DNA of 64,000 bases from Trichosphaerium sp. ATCC 40318 (Eukaryota; Protista; Tubulinea). The notes under the pieces are model-generated. The model saw nothing but the letters and a program-made list of their open reading frames with translations, was not told where the DNA came from and did not search any database. Positions 43,139 to 55,070 of the stretch are shown here, piece by piece. The stretch is taken from positions 124,001 to 188,000 of the forward strand of contig JALMLS010000268.1 of the NCBI GenBank assembly GCA_038496445.1. Direction: 5' to 3'. Within the stretch, counting starts at the first letter, position 1. The number at the start of each line of letters is the position of its first letter. Made by a program: the position numbers and the translations under genes.

Positions 43139-46100
43139 ATGGCCAACATTGATAGTACAGACAACGGTAAGTGAAACTCCTCAATTTTCAGGCCACACCT
43201 TTTTTTTTTTTTGGTAGTCACGTGCTACAATTTTCATGAGAAACTTTTCCGCTTTTCGGCGTGGGCTACCCAGGACCACACTTTTTTGCTAGAAAAATTT
43301 GCTGGAGCGTTTTTTCGCACACAATTTTGGCGCTGTCACTAAAACAAACAAAAGTGTTTGGTTTAGTATGTCCGCGCAAACCCACAAATTATTAAATCTT
43401 TTTGTGTGAAAGACTTTTGATAAGTCCAAAGAAGTTTACTCTCACTAAAAACCAATTAAAAACATTATTTGGCATCACTGTGCATAGAGGATGCTACGTA
43501 GGCATTATTTCAACTTTTTGCAAATGAGAAAATCGCAAGAAAACTTTTTCGTGATAAATAAAAAAAAGCGCAAAAGATTTTTTCTTTACTTTGTTGTGCT
43601 TATTTTTTGTACTCACAAAGGTTTGGATGTTACAAAACAGTATGAACTAGGAGGTCATCTCAGATATAAGGGAGAGGTAAAGAATGGTAAGCACAACGGT
43701 TTTGGTGAGCTGTATCGTATAAAAGGTATCGGCGAAATCAAACAAGGTGATACTCTCGAATACAAAGGTCAGTTTAAGGACAATAAGTTTCATGGTGATG
43801 GTGAGTTGTATCTCTCAGATGGTACTCTACAATACAAAGGTCAGTTTAAGGGCGGTGAGTATCATGGTGATGGTAAGCTGTATCGCACAAATGGTACTCT
43901 ACAATACAAAGGTCAGTTTAAGGACGGTGAGTCTCATGGTGATGGTGAGTGGTATGTCTCAAATGGTACTCTCGTATACAAAGGTCAGTTTAAAGGCGGT
44001 TTATTTCATGGTGATGGTGAGTCTTATTCGTGTGGTAATCTCTATTACAAAGGTCAGTTTAAGGACCACAAACGTGACGGTTTTGGTAAGCTGTATCTCT
44101 CAGATGGTACTCTCGAATACAAAGGTCAGTTTAAGGGCGGTGAGTATCATGATGGTAAGCTGTATCTCTCAGATGGTACTCTCGAATACAAAGGTCAGTT
44201 TAAGCACAATGAGTATCATGGTGATGGTGAGTTGTATCGCACAAATGGTACTCTACAATACAAAGGTCAGTTTAAGGACGGTGAGTTTCATGGTGATGGT
44301 GAGCGGTATGTCTCAAATGGTACTCTCATATACAAAGGTCAGTTTAAAGGCGGTTTATTTCATGGTGATGGTGAGTCTTATTTGTGTGGTAATCTCTATT
44401 ACAAAGGTCAATTTAAGGACCATAACCGTGACGGTTTTGGTGAGCTGTATCATATAAAAGGTATCGGCGAAATCAAACAAGGTGATACTCTCGAATACAA
44501 AGGTCAGTTTAAGCACAATGAGTATCATGGTGATGGTGAGTTGTATCTCTCAGATGGTACTCTCAAATACAAAGGTCAATTTTTGAACAACCAGTATAAC
44601 GGTGTTGGAGTGTATTTTTATCTAAATGGTACCAAGTACATTGGACAATTTGACAACAATAAGGTTCATGGTATTGGTGCGAAGTATTGGCCAGATGGTC
44701 ATAAATACATTGGTAAATTTGAGAATGCTAAGGCAGTAGGTAAAACACAGAAAAGTATTGCTGGAAAACCAGACCAGGTTGCCTTTTCTAACAATATGGA
44801 TAAAACATTCTGTGAAGAATCCTTTTTCCCTAGTAATGATATACAAGAAGATATAACACCAGTCACTGTGTGTTCTGATGGCACTACAGATGCGAGAGAT
44901 CTCAAGAAATTGTTTCCGAATCCAGATAATACTATACTTGATATCAATGTTGGAAGTGTAAAAGATAGACCAGATGGAAAAAGAAGAATGGTATTTGAAT
45001 TTTATTCTAAAAGACACTACCAATACTGTAACAGTATTATTTTGCAACAAGATAGGTCTGACTCAGGTCATTCTGGCGATATTGTATTTATCTATGACCT
45101 TTGTAAAAAAGATCCTGAGATATCACTTCATGAAGGTACAGTCTTTTAACCACTATCTTTATACTTATTGATTATTTAAATAGTAACAATTATGGCACGT
45201 GGTCTTCCTGGAGTACGTGTGATACCCCTACAAAAGGACAAAATATCAGACAAAACGATACAACAGTTTAAACACATTTATTGGTATGACCTCAGTAAAA
45301 AGGCTAGTTTAGTGAGACATCATATTGTTGATGGAGTGAGTAATAACAACTACGATTTTGTTGAGCAATTAGAAGCCAAAATAATGGTTATGGGCCATGA
45401 AGGATCAGGTATTTAAGCTTGGATGAGTGATACACTAAATATTTATTAGGCAAGACTACACTTGTGAGGACATTGGCAAAGGAAACAAATACGATAGCGG
45501 ATTCAACAATTGGTTTTGATACATCACATCTCTCGTATATTCTACACTTGTAGCATCATAGGTTTAATGTGCTTTAGGTTCCATGGCGTATCATTCACAG
45601 TGTTAGACTTTGCTGGACAGACGGAATATAAAGGATTGCATAAGTACTTTTTGGCAAAGCAACTTACAATTTACATCATCGTTGTAAGTTTGTAGTGCAA
45701 TATCACACTTGTTTTATCATTTATCAACTTTAGATTGACTTGTCAACATCAATCAAAGAGCAGCAGGAACACCTCAGATATTGGTGTCGGGCTTTAAATG
45801 AGATACTACATGATCAAGACCCAGAGCTATACTCAGTGATTGTATATGGATCCAAATTGGATATCTTTTTAGGAGATATCAATGCCAATAAACAATCACT
45901 GCTCCCTATTGGACCATTGCTAGTACAGTACTTGTGCTTTGACGGTACCACCTTTATAACGTTTTTTACAATCGCTTATCCTTGTTGTTTAGGAACAAGT
46001 GCTCTCGTTAAATTATTGGATCAGCAAGCCAAGCACTTGAAGGCCCAATATCCAAAAGTACCATTGATGTACATAGACATAAAAAAAGCACTTGAGAATA

Positions 46101-49100
46101 CAATCACAAACAAGGATACCCTCAAGGGTAACGTCATATCAGTGTATGTTGTGTTTTAGCTGCAGTGGATGTTCCTTGCTGATCAAGTATTTAATTAGGA
46201 GGAAAGTATTAGAAGTGATACCCAAGACATGTAAAATGTCTCCAATAGAGTTGATTGCAGCATTGAATTACCTTCATTCCATTGGTAGCATCATGTTTGA
46301 TGAGGTGCGCGCTTCTCAAATGAGTAGTATGCTTGCTGAAACAACTGACTTGTCTGTGTTTAGTCATCGTACATGCTATGTTTGAACCCTCCTATTCTAT
46401 CTCATATCATGAGTGCATTTCTAGCTCCCAAAGAACATCTTGATAGATTGATCAAAAACAACAATCACAATCATTGTGCCGTATTCACCGACGCAGAAGC
46501 TACATCTCGAATCTCAAAGCTATTTCCAAACTGCAATGAACGTGAAGTGAAGCAGGTGATGGACTTCTTGGTACAAATGTCGTTCTGCGTTCGCTTGACA
46601 GAAGAAGAAAAGGTAACAGATACTGCATGTACTCTACAACTCATAGTCATGTACTTATTCAGGTTGTGTATGGCGCTGATGGATACCTTATTATATCTCT
46701 ATTACCTAAAGCTGATATGTTTTACTGTCTTCCATTGACACAAAAGGAGCAAAGTATTAGGTTAGTTCAGACAAAGAACAAGAACCCACATGAGTTACCA
46801 GAAGTATTCTCTTTATCTAAATCACCAACAAAATGGAAGATATTATCGTACACACCTACAACAGACTCTAAAGTTGCACATAAAGTGGTAGAAACAGTCA
46901 CCGTAAACAAGGAAACCAATAAAATAGTACGGCGTTTATAACAATCAAAACTAATATCACGTGTTAGTCACTACCTGATGAATATGAGGTCACACCACAT
47001 GATTCAAAGTTCTTGGCATACACTTTCAACTCGCAAGATCTACCTATAGACATATTTAATGACTTACAGAGAAGACTGAGAAGTACGCCAACATGAACGG
47101 TTTATGATAAGATACTAAACACTAAAAATAGAGTTCCAAATTAAAGAGTTTCGTTTGTTTTCGAACTTGATTGTACTCTCTGATTTCTATGGCAATATCA
47201 TCACATTATATTATGTTGATCAAAGCATCAAAATTGTCATTAGAGGCATAGTACCGCGGCTATGGATGGTAATAACATGAACTAGAAATTTAAACATTGA
47301 CACTGTTAGGAATCTCTTGATACTTACCTAAAACCTTTGAACATCACTCCAGCTCCACTATGTCCAGTCAGCATACAATTTGGACAGTTTGTTGAGGTTA
47401 CAAACGATTCATATGAGTGCAAGAAGACAAGTGAGTATTAGGCATACATTTATACACGTGTAGTTGTCATACATTATACAATTAGGCCATATTTCCAAGT
47501 TAACTAACTGATTATTTCTTAGAACATGTTGTCACTGAGAGTCATTTAAAAGAAGGATTTCCTGTACTCGAACATGCACGACATAGTCTATGGGGTAGCT
47601 TACACGGAGAAAGATTTCTAAAAATAGGTAACTGGAAAACACCTCCAAAGTATCCTGGGTTACGAATCACGTTTCTCACAAAAGATGAAAAAAACGAAGT
47701 ACAAACCACATGAATAGCTTGACTTTCTTACTAAAGCATTGATATAAGGAACGTTACGATGAGTATTTGAGAGCTAGCACCATGTTTTATAAGTTCATGG
47801 GAACTGACAGTGCTTCATTTTATGAGTTGGAGAAGATTGCGTTCTTGAGCAATCCAAAACTTGAAGACAAATTTGAGGAGCAATACAATACTTTTGTCAA
47901 GAAAGTACTTCAATCTAAAAAATCAAGTAAGTCACACCCAAAGTCAGCTTTTTCTAATAGCATAGATGTGAATGACAATTCCACTGTGGATGAAGATACA
48001 CGTAAATTACAAGAACGGACTTTGAATCATTTGAAGAGCCATGTGATGCTTGTTTCAGGCAATGAGCAAATCAACCTCATACCTGGATTACATGGTACAT
48101 CAGAGGTATATCACATTTATTCTCATCAGTATTCAAGAAATAGTTAACCTTAGATTTTAGGATTCTAGTTTTAAGATTGCTTGGAGCAACTTTAGAGAAC
48201 CACACGAGAATACAAACAAGAAAGATCCAGGATACTTTGGTATGGCTTAGTACCAAGTTAGTTTAATTAACTAAAATTGCAAAGGAGATGGTATTTACTT
48301 TACTCAGTACGCTGATTGTGGTAAGTCATATACAATCAAAGCTTGCTCACTCAACCAATTTTGTATTCTTGTACTAACAATTGAGGTAGGAAGGAAGTAT
48401 GCTGAATGGAACAAAGAGAAAAATCCACGCATGTTGATATCATGGATAATGCTGGGAAACCCTTATCCAGCGACAGAACAACCAGTGCTAGGTGATCCCA
48501 ACTCTCTTCTTGGAAAAGAATGCAAGGTACAACTCTTTTTTTCTCTATGTGACTTCTTATTGGTTTTTTTTTAGAAAGGTTATGATTCTCACTATGTACT
48601 CACTAAATCAACAAATGGGTATCCATGTGGCATTGATGATAAAATAGATCAAAACGAGATTGTTGTATTTTCAAAAAACCAAGTATGTAGACATCACCGC
48701 TTAGCCTTTCTGCCATTATTCAACAATGTGTTCTTATTTAATGGTTTAGATTCTTCCACGATACCTTGTGTACTACAAAGCAATAGACAGTACCAATATC
48801 AAGTCATATGAACTCAAGTACAGGGATGCTAAATGTCTTGTTTTGTGGGTTGACGCTAATCTATCAGTTGAAAACAAGAAGATAATGGAAATGCTTCAAA
48901 AAAGGCCAAAGAAGACAGAGGTACACAAACCAAATTAAGCGATTCATCTAAAGAACTACAAGGTATTGGTAATGGAGTCATCATCTCAGGTCTTGGCATG
49001 GATTGATAAGTTCAAAGGGTTCTGTAACAACAGGTTACGTATCATCACAAATAGATATCGAAAAGGTGATGGAGATGAGAAAGCAGCAGAGAAATTGATC

Positions 49101-49299
49101 AAGAGTATAAGAAAAATTAAAACATGTGCCAAAACACCTATTCTTGTTTTTTGTGGTATGTCAACTACCCTTTATTAATCACGTGATTTTTTTGTTAACA
49201 CATAGTATGTTAGGAGACACTTCAAAGGCAAAATACCTCACGAAAAAATACAAGAAGGTATCCATCACGAATAAAGTTCAAGATGTATTGGAAATTTAG
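43139..49299 (+). CDS. Roco-type protein: MORN repeats - ROC GTPase - COR-like - PARP-type ADP-ribosyltransferase - receiver-like domain
   Basis: Exon 1 MANIDSTDN joins in phase to GLDVTKQY at 43621; MORN repeats YKGQFKxxxxHGxGxxY; G1 GHEGSGKTT, G2 STIGF, G3 LDFAGQ, G4 GSKLD; COR-like ALNYLHSIGSIMF; ART motifs GLHGTSE, DPGYFGDGIYFT, LISWIMLGNPY, GYDSH, QNEIVVFSKNQILPRYLVYY; receiver-like VLWVD...IITN...PILVFCG; TAG at 49297-49299. Confidence 0.85.
43660..44735 (+). repeat. Coding tandem repeat of about 69-bp MORN units with higher-order duplications
   Basis: Recurrent TACAAAGGTCAGTTTAAG...CATGGTGATGGTGAG; the insert AAAGGTATCGGCGAAATCAAACAAGGTGATACTCTCGAA occurs identically at about 43722 and 44457. 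Confidence 0.9.
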
Positions 49300-49672
49300 G
49301 AATGTAAGAATAGCTTACATCTTTCCTCAACAGTTTACTATTACGCAAGTTATGTAGTTCATACATTGCTTCTTGCTTCTACCAACAATGTTATAAGTGC
49401 TATAATAAATTCAGGAAACTTGTTGCAACGGTTTTTTTCCAAACATAATTTCAAAGACACCTTGAATGCTATTTGTATTCAATTGACCATGGCAAAAAAA
49501 TTCTTGTCACGTGACATCGCAAAAATGACGTTTGAACCTCATTTGCTCAACGTGTTTTGACTGGTTCGAGCACTATTTTATGACGTTTAATGCTTTGCAA
49601 TAGTGGAAGAAGAAGTATCACAGCGTTTATACGTTCCATTATGAATTCGTTAAGTTACACTTCAGCGTCCTA

Positions 49673-50976
49673 ATGCAGCTTTCAATAACTTTGATCTGGT
49701 TTTAAGCGGTAACATTTGTTGAAGCCTCAAATGTACCAGGACAAACCAATAACCATTTAGGAGTACCTCAAAATGCTGCACAATGGATAGACTTGGCAAC
49801 TGAAGCAGGTATGACCACCACACGTGGTTTCACATAACGCCCATTTTTTTAACTATTGTTGAATGACTTTTTCGATTGTAACACTTCTACCTAAAGTACA
49901 GCTCGGTCACGGTATTCGAAATCAAGCTGGTGGAGTTTCTCAGAACAATAGGAGAGGTCAAACAAACCAAGCAAACGCTGCTAGTGAACCTAACCCGTTT
50001 GCTAATGCTATTGCAGGTATTTTCATGCAATGTTGTAAGTTCTCTTTTAATTGTTTTATCATTTGCGTCACGTGTACTAAAGAAAATAGTTTGTTAGGCC
50101 AAGCACTTGACTGAGGCTGGAAAGAATCCGGAGCAGTTACCAGAAAGTCGCAAGAAGAGGCTTCTTGTTGCTCTCAAAAACGAGCCATTACAAAGATGGA
50201 ACTTGATTAAATGGGCTCAATCTCCAGCTCAGGTATTTAATACTTGTGGTAGTATTAATAACCTATTTACATACTGACGCATGTTTATTTTCCAAGGCCG
50301 TAGCGTTAGCTCAACGTTTGCAAAAACCTATTTTGGTTGAGATTGTTGTTGGAAGATTAGCTGATCAAAACAGCAATGTTTGCTGACTGGGTGGGAGACT
50401 GGTGCGTTATCAATTACACTATTTCAAAAATATTGATTGTTTTAGATGCGTTCGACTGTGCTTTCGAATCAGTCATAAATTACATCAATGCGTATTTTGT
50501 ACCTGTTGCTGTGAATGTAACTCGTCAAGGTTTTCCTTCGGAGATTCCTGCTATGAAAATGCTTGAAATGGTTTAAGAGAGGAACTGGAGGTTTGCTTTT
50601 GAGTTTGCTAGTTGTGGTGCTTTTGATGACCAAGCGAAGGTATCTTTAGGCCATTCATCACCTGTAAAGGATGAGATGCAAAATGGGTTTTTTGGTGTGA
50701 CTTCTTTTTTAAATTTTCTGCAAAAAAGGTCTCAAGAATTTCCATCAAACACAACAAATTAGACAACGCTTCAGGCATGTGACATAAAAAATTTATTCTT
50801 TTTGTTTTGTTCAAGTTTAACTGTAGACCAGAAACGGCGATATTAGAGGCGGTATGGCTGCATCGCAGCAGTTGACTCGTCAGAGAATGATCGAGACCAG
50901 ACTAAAAGTTAATGAGTTAATGACGTTTCAACGTCAACTCCAAGCCAGCGGTTATGGCAATCTTGCCTCTGTTTAA
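49673..50976 (+). pseudogene. Disabled selenoprotein gene (SelN-like thioredoxin-fold domain, Cys-Sec motif)
   Basis: Spliced reading AVALAQRLQKPILVEIVVGRLADQNSNVC-TGA(50384-50386)-LGGRLMRSTVLS...VINYINAYFVPVAVNV resembles the SELENON redox region ([20 protein letters not shown]...LLNESF). Premature TAA at 49703 (in signal peptide) and 50574; frameshifts near 50110 and 50470; SECIS downstream. Confidence 0.75.
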
Positions 50977-51003
50977 AGATATATTTGTTAACTGAGTTTC
51001 TTT

Positions 51004-51085
51004 ATTGTTTTTTGTAATGAGGAGTGTATCACAAACATACAACCTGAACGAATGAAACACTTTGATGAAATGAAAGAAAAACAAT
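51004..51085 (+). promoter_or_regulatory. Eukaryotic SECIS element
   Basis: ATGA at 51017, 12 nt, apical AAA at 51033, 3' UGAU at 51063-51066; helix II GAGTGT-A-TCA / TGA-A-ACACTT; helix I ATTGTTTTT / AAAAACAAT; starts about 30 nt after the stop of the Cys-UGA gene. Confidence 0.8.
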
Positions 51086-51560
51086 TAATAAAACAACTCT
51101 GTTGCATTTAAACCTTTGTACCCATAATGCATGAATACTTGTTGGTATAGCATATGTTACCATCGTCAGATTACACTTCTATTGTTAAAAGTAAACGTCT
51201 TGGCGTTGTCATTGACCATGTATAACTCCTCAAAAGAACGTTGGGAACAATCCACCATTATCACTTGTTACGATAAGTTGTGTGGTGAGGATTTTAATTG
51301 TTATTAAATGGTTCTGTGAATCGCACCAATTCAAAGTCTAAACGTCTCAATAACATTTGTCAAACGTATACCTATAGCAGCATTAAGCTAATAACATTAA
51401 AATGGTACAGCTTGAACCTCAAAGAATGCTTAGAAACCTAAAACGCTATAAAGCGCTTTTCATTACTATTACAACCCATTAGTCTGGTTGTATTGCCGAT
51501 TTTAGCGTTTCTATCTATATATACTAACTATATCGACAGAGTGCAGTGAAAGCGTCATCA

Positions 51561-52703
51561 ATGATACCCAACTGGACTTGCAAGGTACCAGGAATGTACG
51601 AACAGACAGAATGTAAGATTTCAGTCACAAAGGCAGGCCTTGTACGTTCCAGCTATTTAAACCATTCTGCAGACGCATATTCTTTATATCTAAAGTCTCT
51701 ATGCGCTAAAATAAGGAAAACAGTCTGTGGGGTGCCATTTTGTGTAAAACACTTTAAAACTGACCGTGGCGCATTTTACGTATTTCTGAGGCGAAATTGT
51801 CCACCTGAAAGCAATATCACACTTTTCTATTACCTTTTTTTTTTTTTTTTTTTTTTTCAGGCGTATGTTGGTGTAGGGGATACTATATTAGTGTTCGACT
51901 TGACTCAACCGTCAAAGGACCCAAGGACTCTTCTAAAAATACGAGACATTAGTTCAATATCCATCACGTGTGATGAAAAGTTTATGATTGTTAGAAGCGA
52001 AACACGGTCTGCAGTAGTTGACTTGAAAACAGGAAGCATACTCAGAGATTTTTCTATTAAGTTCAAAGACAAGGTTATCTCGAATGGGAGTATAGTTTTA
52101 ATGTGTTGTGATAGCAAAGATCCGAGTGTTTACTATGCTATTGTAAAGAAAGAAGGTAAAATAGAGCAAGGGATATACAAGTGTTGGATTGACAAGCCAA
52201 CATGCGTATATTGGTCTTCTTTGACAGATGATTTTGCAGACCAGGGATACGGACAAGTTGCTAAACACTTGTTTTTTAATAACGTACCTTCTGTTATACA
52301 TCAATGCATGCCAGGTATATATGGAACGTATTTTCCAGTATTCTTTTTGTCGAACGAAAACGGAACTAAAAACTTGGAATATCAAACATACAATGCCGGA
52401 GAAGAAGGATTTATGTGTTTGTATCATGATAAGAATGATCAAGATTTATCTGTTGCATCTAAGGTTCTTGTAACACATACATATCCTTGTTTTATAACAA
52501 TGCATGATTTGTTCAGTGACAACATTAGAGCATTCAATCTTTATGATTTGGAATATGTATCTGGCATAACAATGTTCAATGGCAGTGTTTTTTGCTTTAT
52601 GACACTTGATGATGGTATAACATTATTTAAGATTGATGATATTAATAGCCTTGAAATGGAAGTACCTCAGCAATACTATCGTACTGACAAGACTCACTCT
52701 TGA
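51561..52703 (+). CDS. Hypothetical beta-rich (beta-propeller-like) protein
   Basis: Two exons (gtacgt donor at about 51642, poly-T/cag acceptor at 51860); blade-like segments YVGVGDTILVFDL, ISSISITCDEKFMIV, SAVVDLKTG, VSGITMFNGSVF. Confidence 0.55.
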   Translation: MIPNWTCKVPGMYEQTECKISVTKAGLVRSSYLNHSADAYSLYLKSLCAKIRKTVCGVPFCVKHFKTDRGAFYVFLRRNCPPESNITLFYYLFFFFFFFQAYVGVGDTILVFDLTQPSKDPRTLLKIRDISSISITCDEKFMIVRSETRSAVVDLKTGSILRDFSIKFKDKVISNGSIVLMCCDSKDPSVYYAIVKKEGKIEQGIYKCWIDKPTCVYWSSLTDDFADQGYGQVAKHLFFNNVPSVIHQCMPGIYGTYFPVFFLSNENGTKNLEYQTYNAGEEGFMCLYHDKNDQDLSVASKVLVTHTYPCFITMHDLFSDNIRAFNLYDLEYVSGITMFNGSVFCFMTLDDGITLFKIDDINSLEMEVPQQYYRTDKTHS

Positions 52704-52839
52704 GGGCATAATTGTTCTATCATGTACATTTATAAAATTCATAAATACAAATTATTTTTTATTTAGTTAAGTCACATCTGTTTGGCTTTCTTTTTCCACT
52801 GGTGTTATGACGTTTGTTATTATGATATTCCTTGTACAG

Positions 52840-53290
52840 TTAATATGTTGGTTCACCATTGACATAGTGTACACAGTGTTTAAGTTGTCCGTGATATGTC
52901 CATATCTTGTAATCTCCTTCCAACTTATCGTTTTTATGCCACAACTTTACATCTCCACTGATTTTACCCTTAGAATAATTACGTATCACTTGTATTTGTC
53001 CATCTTCATCCCATCTCTTATACTCACCAGAAAGTTTACCATCAATATAATTACAGTGACACATAAGTATTCCAGTTTCATACCACCGCTTGTTTTCTCC
53101 TTCTAGCTTGTGATTGGCGTTATACGAAGACTGCTCTTTCACCTGACCATTTTCATACCAGTGCTTATAATCTCCTTGTTGAGTATCATTAACATAAGCA
53201 CAATGTTTCCATAGCACTCCGTTACTATACCACATCTTGTAATCTCCTTCTAGTTTATCATTAGAATAATGACATTGCTTCGCTAATGTG
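52840..53290 (-). CDS. MORN-variant (MORN_2/YwqK-like) repeat protein or fragment, intronless
   Basis: Repeats such as GDYKHWYENGQVKEQSSY and GENKRWYETGILMCHCNYIDGKLSGEYKRW; repeat frame continues upstream of the first ATG (53235), suggesting 5' truncation. Confidence 0.65.
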
Positions 53291-53345
53291 TTGACAACAG
53301 GTACATAGAAAGATGGTACTTTTATTCGTTGTGGTACAATTCTTT

Positions 53346-54657
53346 TTATTGAATAAACGAAGATAATTTATCTACACGCCAATCCAAGTATGCTTCAAGG
53401 TGTGCAACTCCGTCATCACAAGATCCGATATACTTAAAATCATTTGAATTGTCATCAACAAAGTTGAACTTGCCAACTATTTCATTGTTTATCAATAAAC
53501 GTGGGACATGAGATTGTGGTAGCATATGACAACTAGCTACAGGTTCTACTTCAAGAGAAGTTCCCATGACAATAAGTAAATCACATTTCGCAAAATCCTA
53601 GTGTCTTGAATAAGCACAAGAAAAAAAACCCAAAAGATATTACAAGTGGTACCTCGTAAACCATCTCATGGTACCGCTCAGGTAATTGTTCACCAAAAAA
53701 TACTAGATCAGGCTTCAAGACATTGCCTTTATTGCACTTTGGGACCTTTCCTGCCTCCACATCACCTGCAATCAACTAAGCTTGCATATCTTATTGAGAC
53801 AAAAAAAAAAAGTAGTAAGCACCTCTGATTGAGTCCAAAGGTACTTTCTTTTGACATTTACGACAAGTGGCTGTATAAAAAGATCCATGAGCACTTACAA
53901 GCTTTTCTTCAGGGAGACCTATATGAATTCAAAGTCACGTGATAGATAACACGAAAAAAAAAAAGAAAGAAATGAGATATTGACCTGCAAGCCTCTCTAA
54001 GCCATCAACATTCTGCGTGTAATTTCTCAGTAACACGCCCTTATCATTTAACTTCTTTATGAAATTATGAACAGGCGTAGGTTGGTAGTTACCAGGCATG
54101 AGCTGTTTCGCCAAGCGAAAGAAAGGAGCAGGATTTTCATCAAAATAATCAATAGCAAAAATAGCCTACACAAAGACGGTTAAATAGTACCAGCATAAGT
54201 ACTAAAATCGTTGTACTTCAGGATAGGGTAGGTTGTAGCTTGCTAAACTATCATATAAACCAGTTCCAGGCGTTCTAGTAAAAAAAGATGACGTTTCATT
54301 GATGAAATACGCTAAACGCACCTAAAATCAGGAATACCGCTTGAAACAGATATACCAGCACCAGTTAGTACTATTTAAACTGTCAAAACCCATATTAACC
54401 ATGTTTTGGACTTGTTTGTGATTACCTATTATGTTAGAGCCTAGTATGTATTAAACCATGCGTAATAAAACAGATCTAAACGGCGAACATTGCTCCTCCT
54501 TTATTAATTTTGCCACTTTCTTTAAATCACTAGTTGCCTGCGTATTTTGCTTTTTACTAGCATAATACCGTACACTACGGGATAAACAAGCGCCTGACAC
54601 CGTTAGAAGTCGGGTTTTCTGAAACATACACGCACCACGACGTGCACAACCCAACAT
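53346..54657 (-). CDS. Class I sirtuin (SIRT2/3-like NAD+-dependent deacylase) with putative mitochondrial presequence
   Basis: [69 protein letters not shown]; Arg-rich presequence [10 protein letters not shown]...RSVRYYAS. Confidence 0.92.
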
Positions 54658-54859
54658 GTAGAAGTTCACCTAAGTCAGACGTAGCCAAGTCATAAAAACC
54701 AAGTGACTGGTTTCAAGAGATACTCAGCACAAGTGCAAATGAAGCTGTAGTGAGAGCTTGTACAATTACACCCACCTGGCGTAAGAAAACACCAAGCAAA
54801 TACAGTCAAATAAAGAAAAAAAACAGAAAAGGTAAAGGCGTAAACACGTCTGATGTTTA

Positions 54860-55050
54860 ATATCTAAGTACATCAACTGCACCAATCAATACCTGGATGC
54901 CTTTATCATTTGTTTTTGCTTCCTCATATAAGTATAGTAAGTATGCGTGTAAGAGCCTTTAATCCTGTAGCTGTGACATTTGTTGAAGATAACGAGATGT
55001 ATCGTAAACCTGCTAGTGCAAAAAGGCTATGTTTGTTGAGGATAAATCTA
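54860..55050 (-). pseudogene. Degenerate LRR fragment
   Basis: Minus-strand reading LFALAGLRYISLSSTNVTATGLKALTRILTILI-stop...DKGIQVL matches the LRR consensus of the neighbouring F-box/LRR genes but has stops. Confidence 0.45.
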
Positions 55051-55070
55051 TCTCCTTTCATTTTTTGTAC

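Noticed and set aside
43747-44457. 236-aa alternative-frame ORF (MVMVS/NTKVSL repeats)
   Set aside because: Shadow frame of the MORN DNA repeat; it stays open only because the repeat unit lacks stops in that frame.
49673-50976. Reassigned TAA codon (alternative genetic code)
   Set aside because: TAA is a normal terminator in many genes here (MICAL, IleRS, PSMB1, sulfatase), and the same locus also has frameshifts, so decay or sequence error is more likely.
51642-51860. Poly-Phe stretch within the 385-aa ORF
   Set aside because: It is the poly-T acceptor tract of a 219-nt GT-AG intron that happens to be stop-free.
52840-54657. Bacterial Sir2 + YwqK toxin-antitoxin or antiphage operon
   Set aside because: The sirtuin is an intron-containing class I deacylase with a presequence, not a Thoeris/DSR-type NADase.
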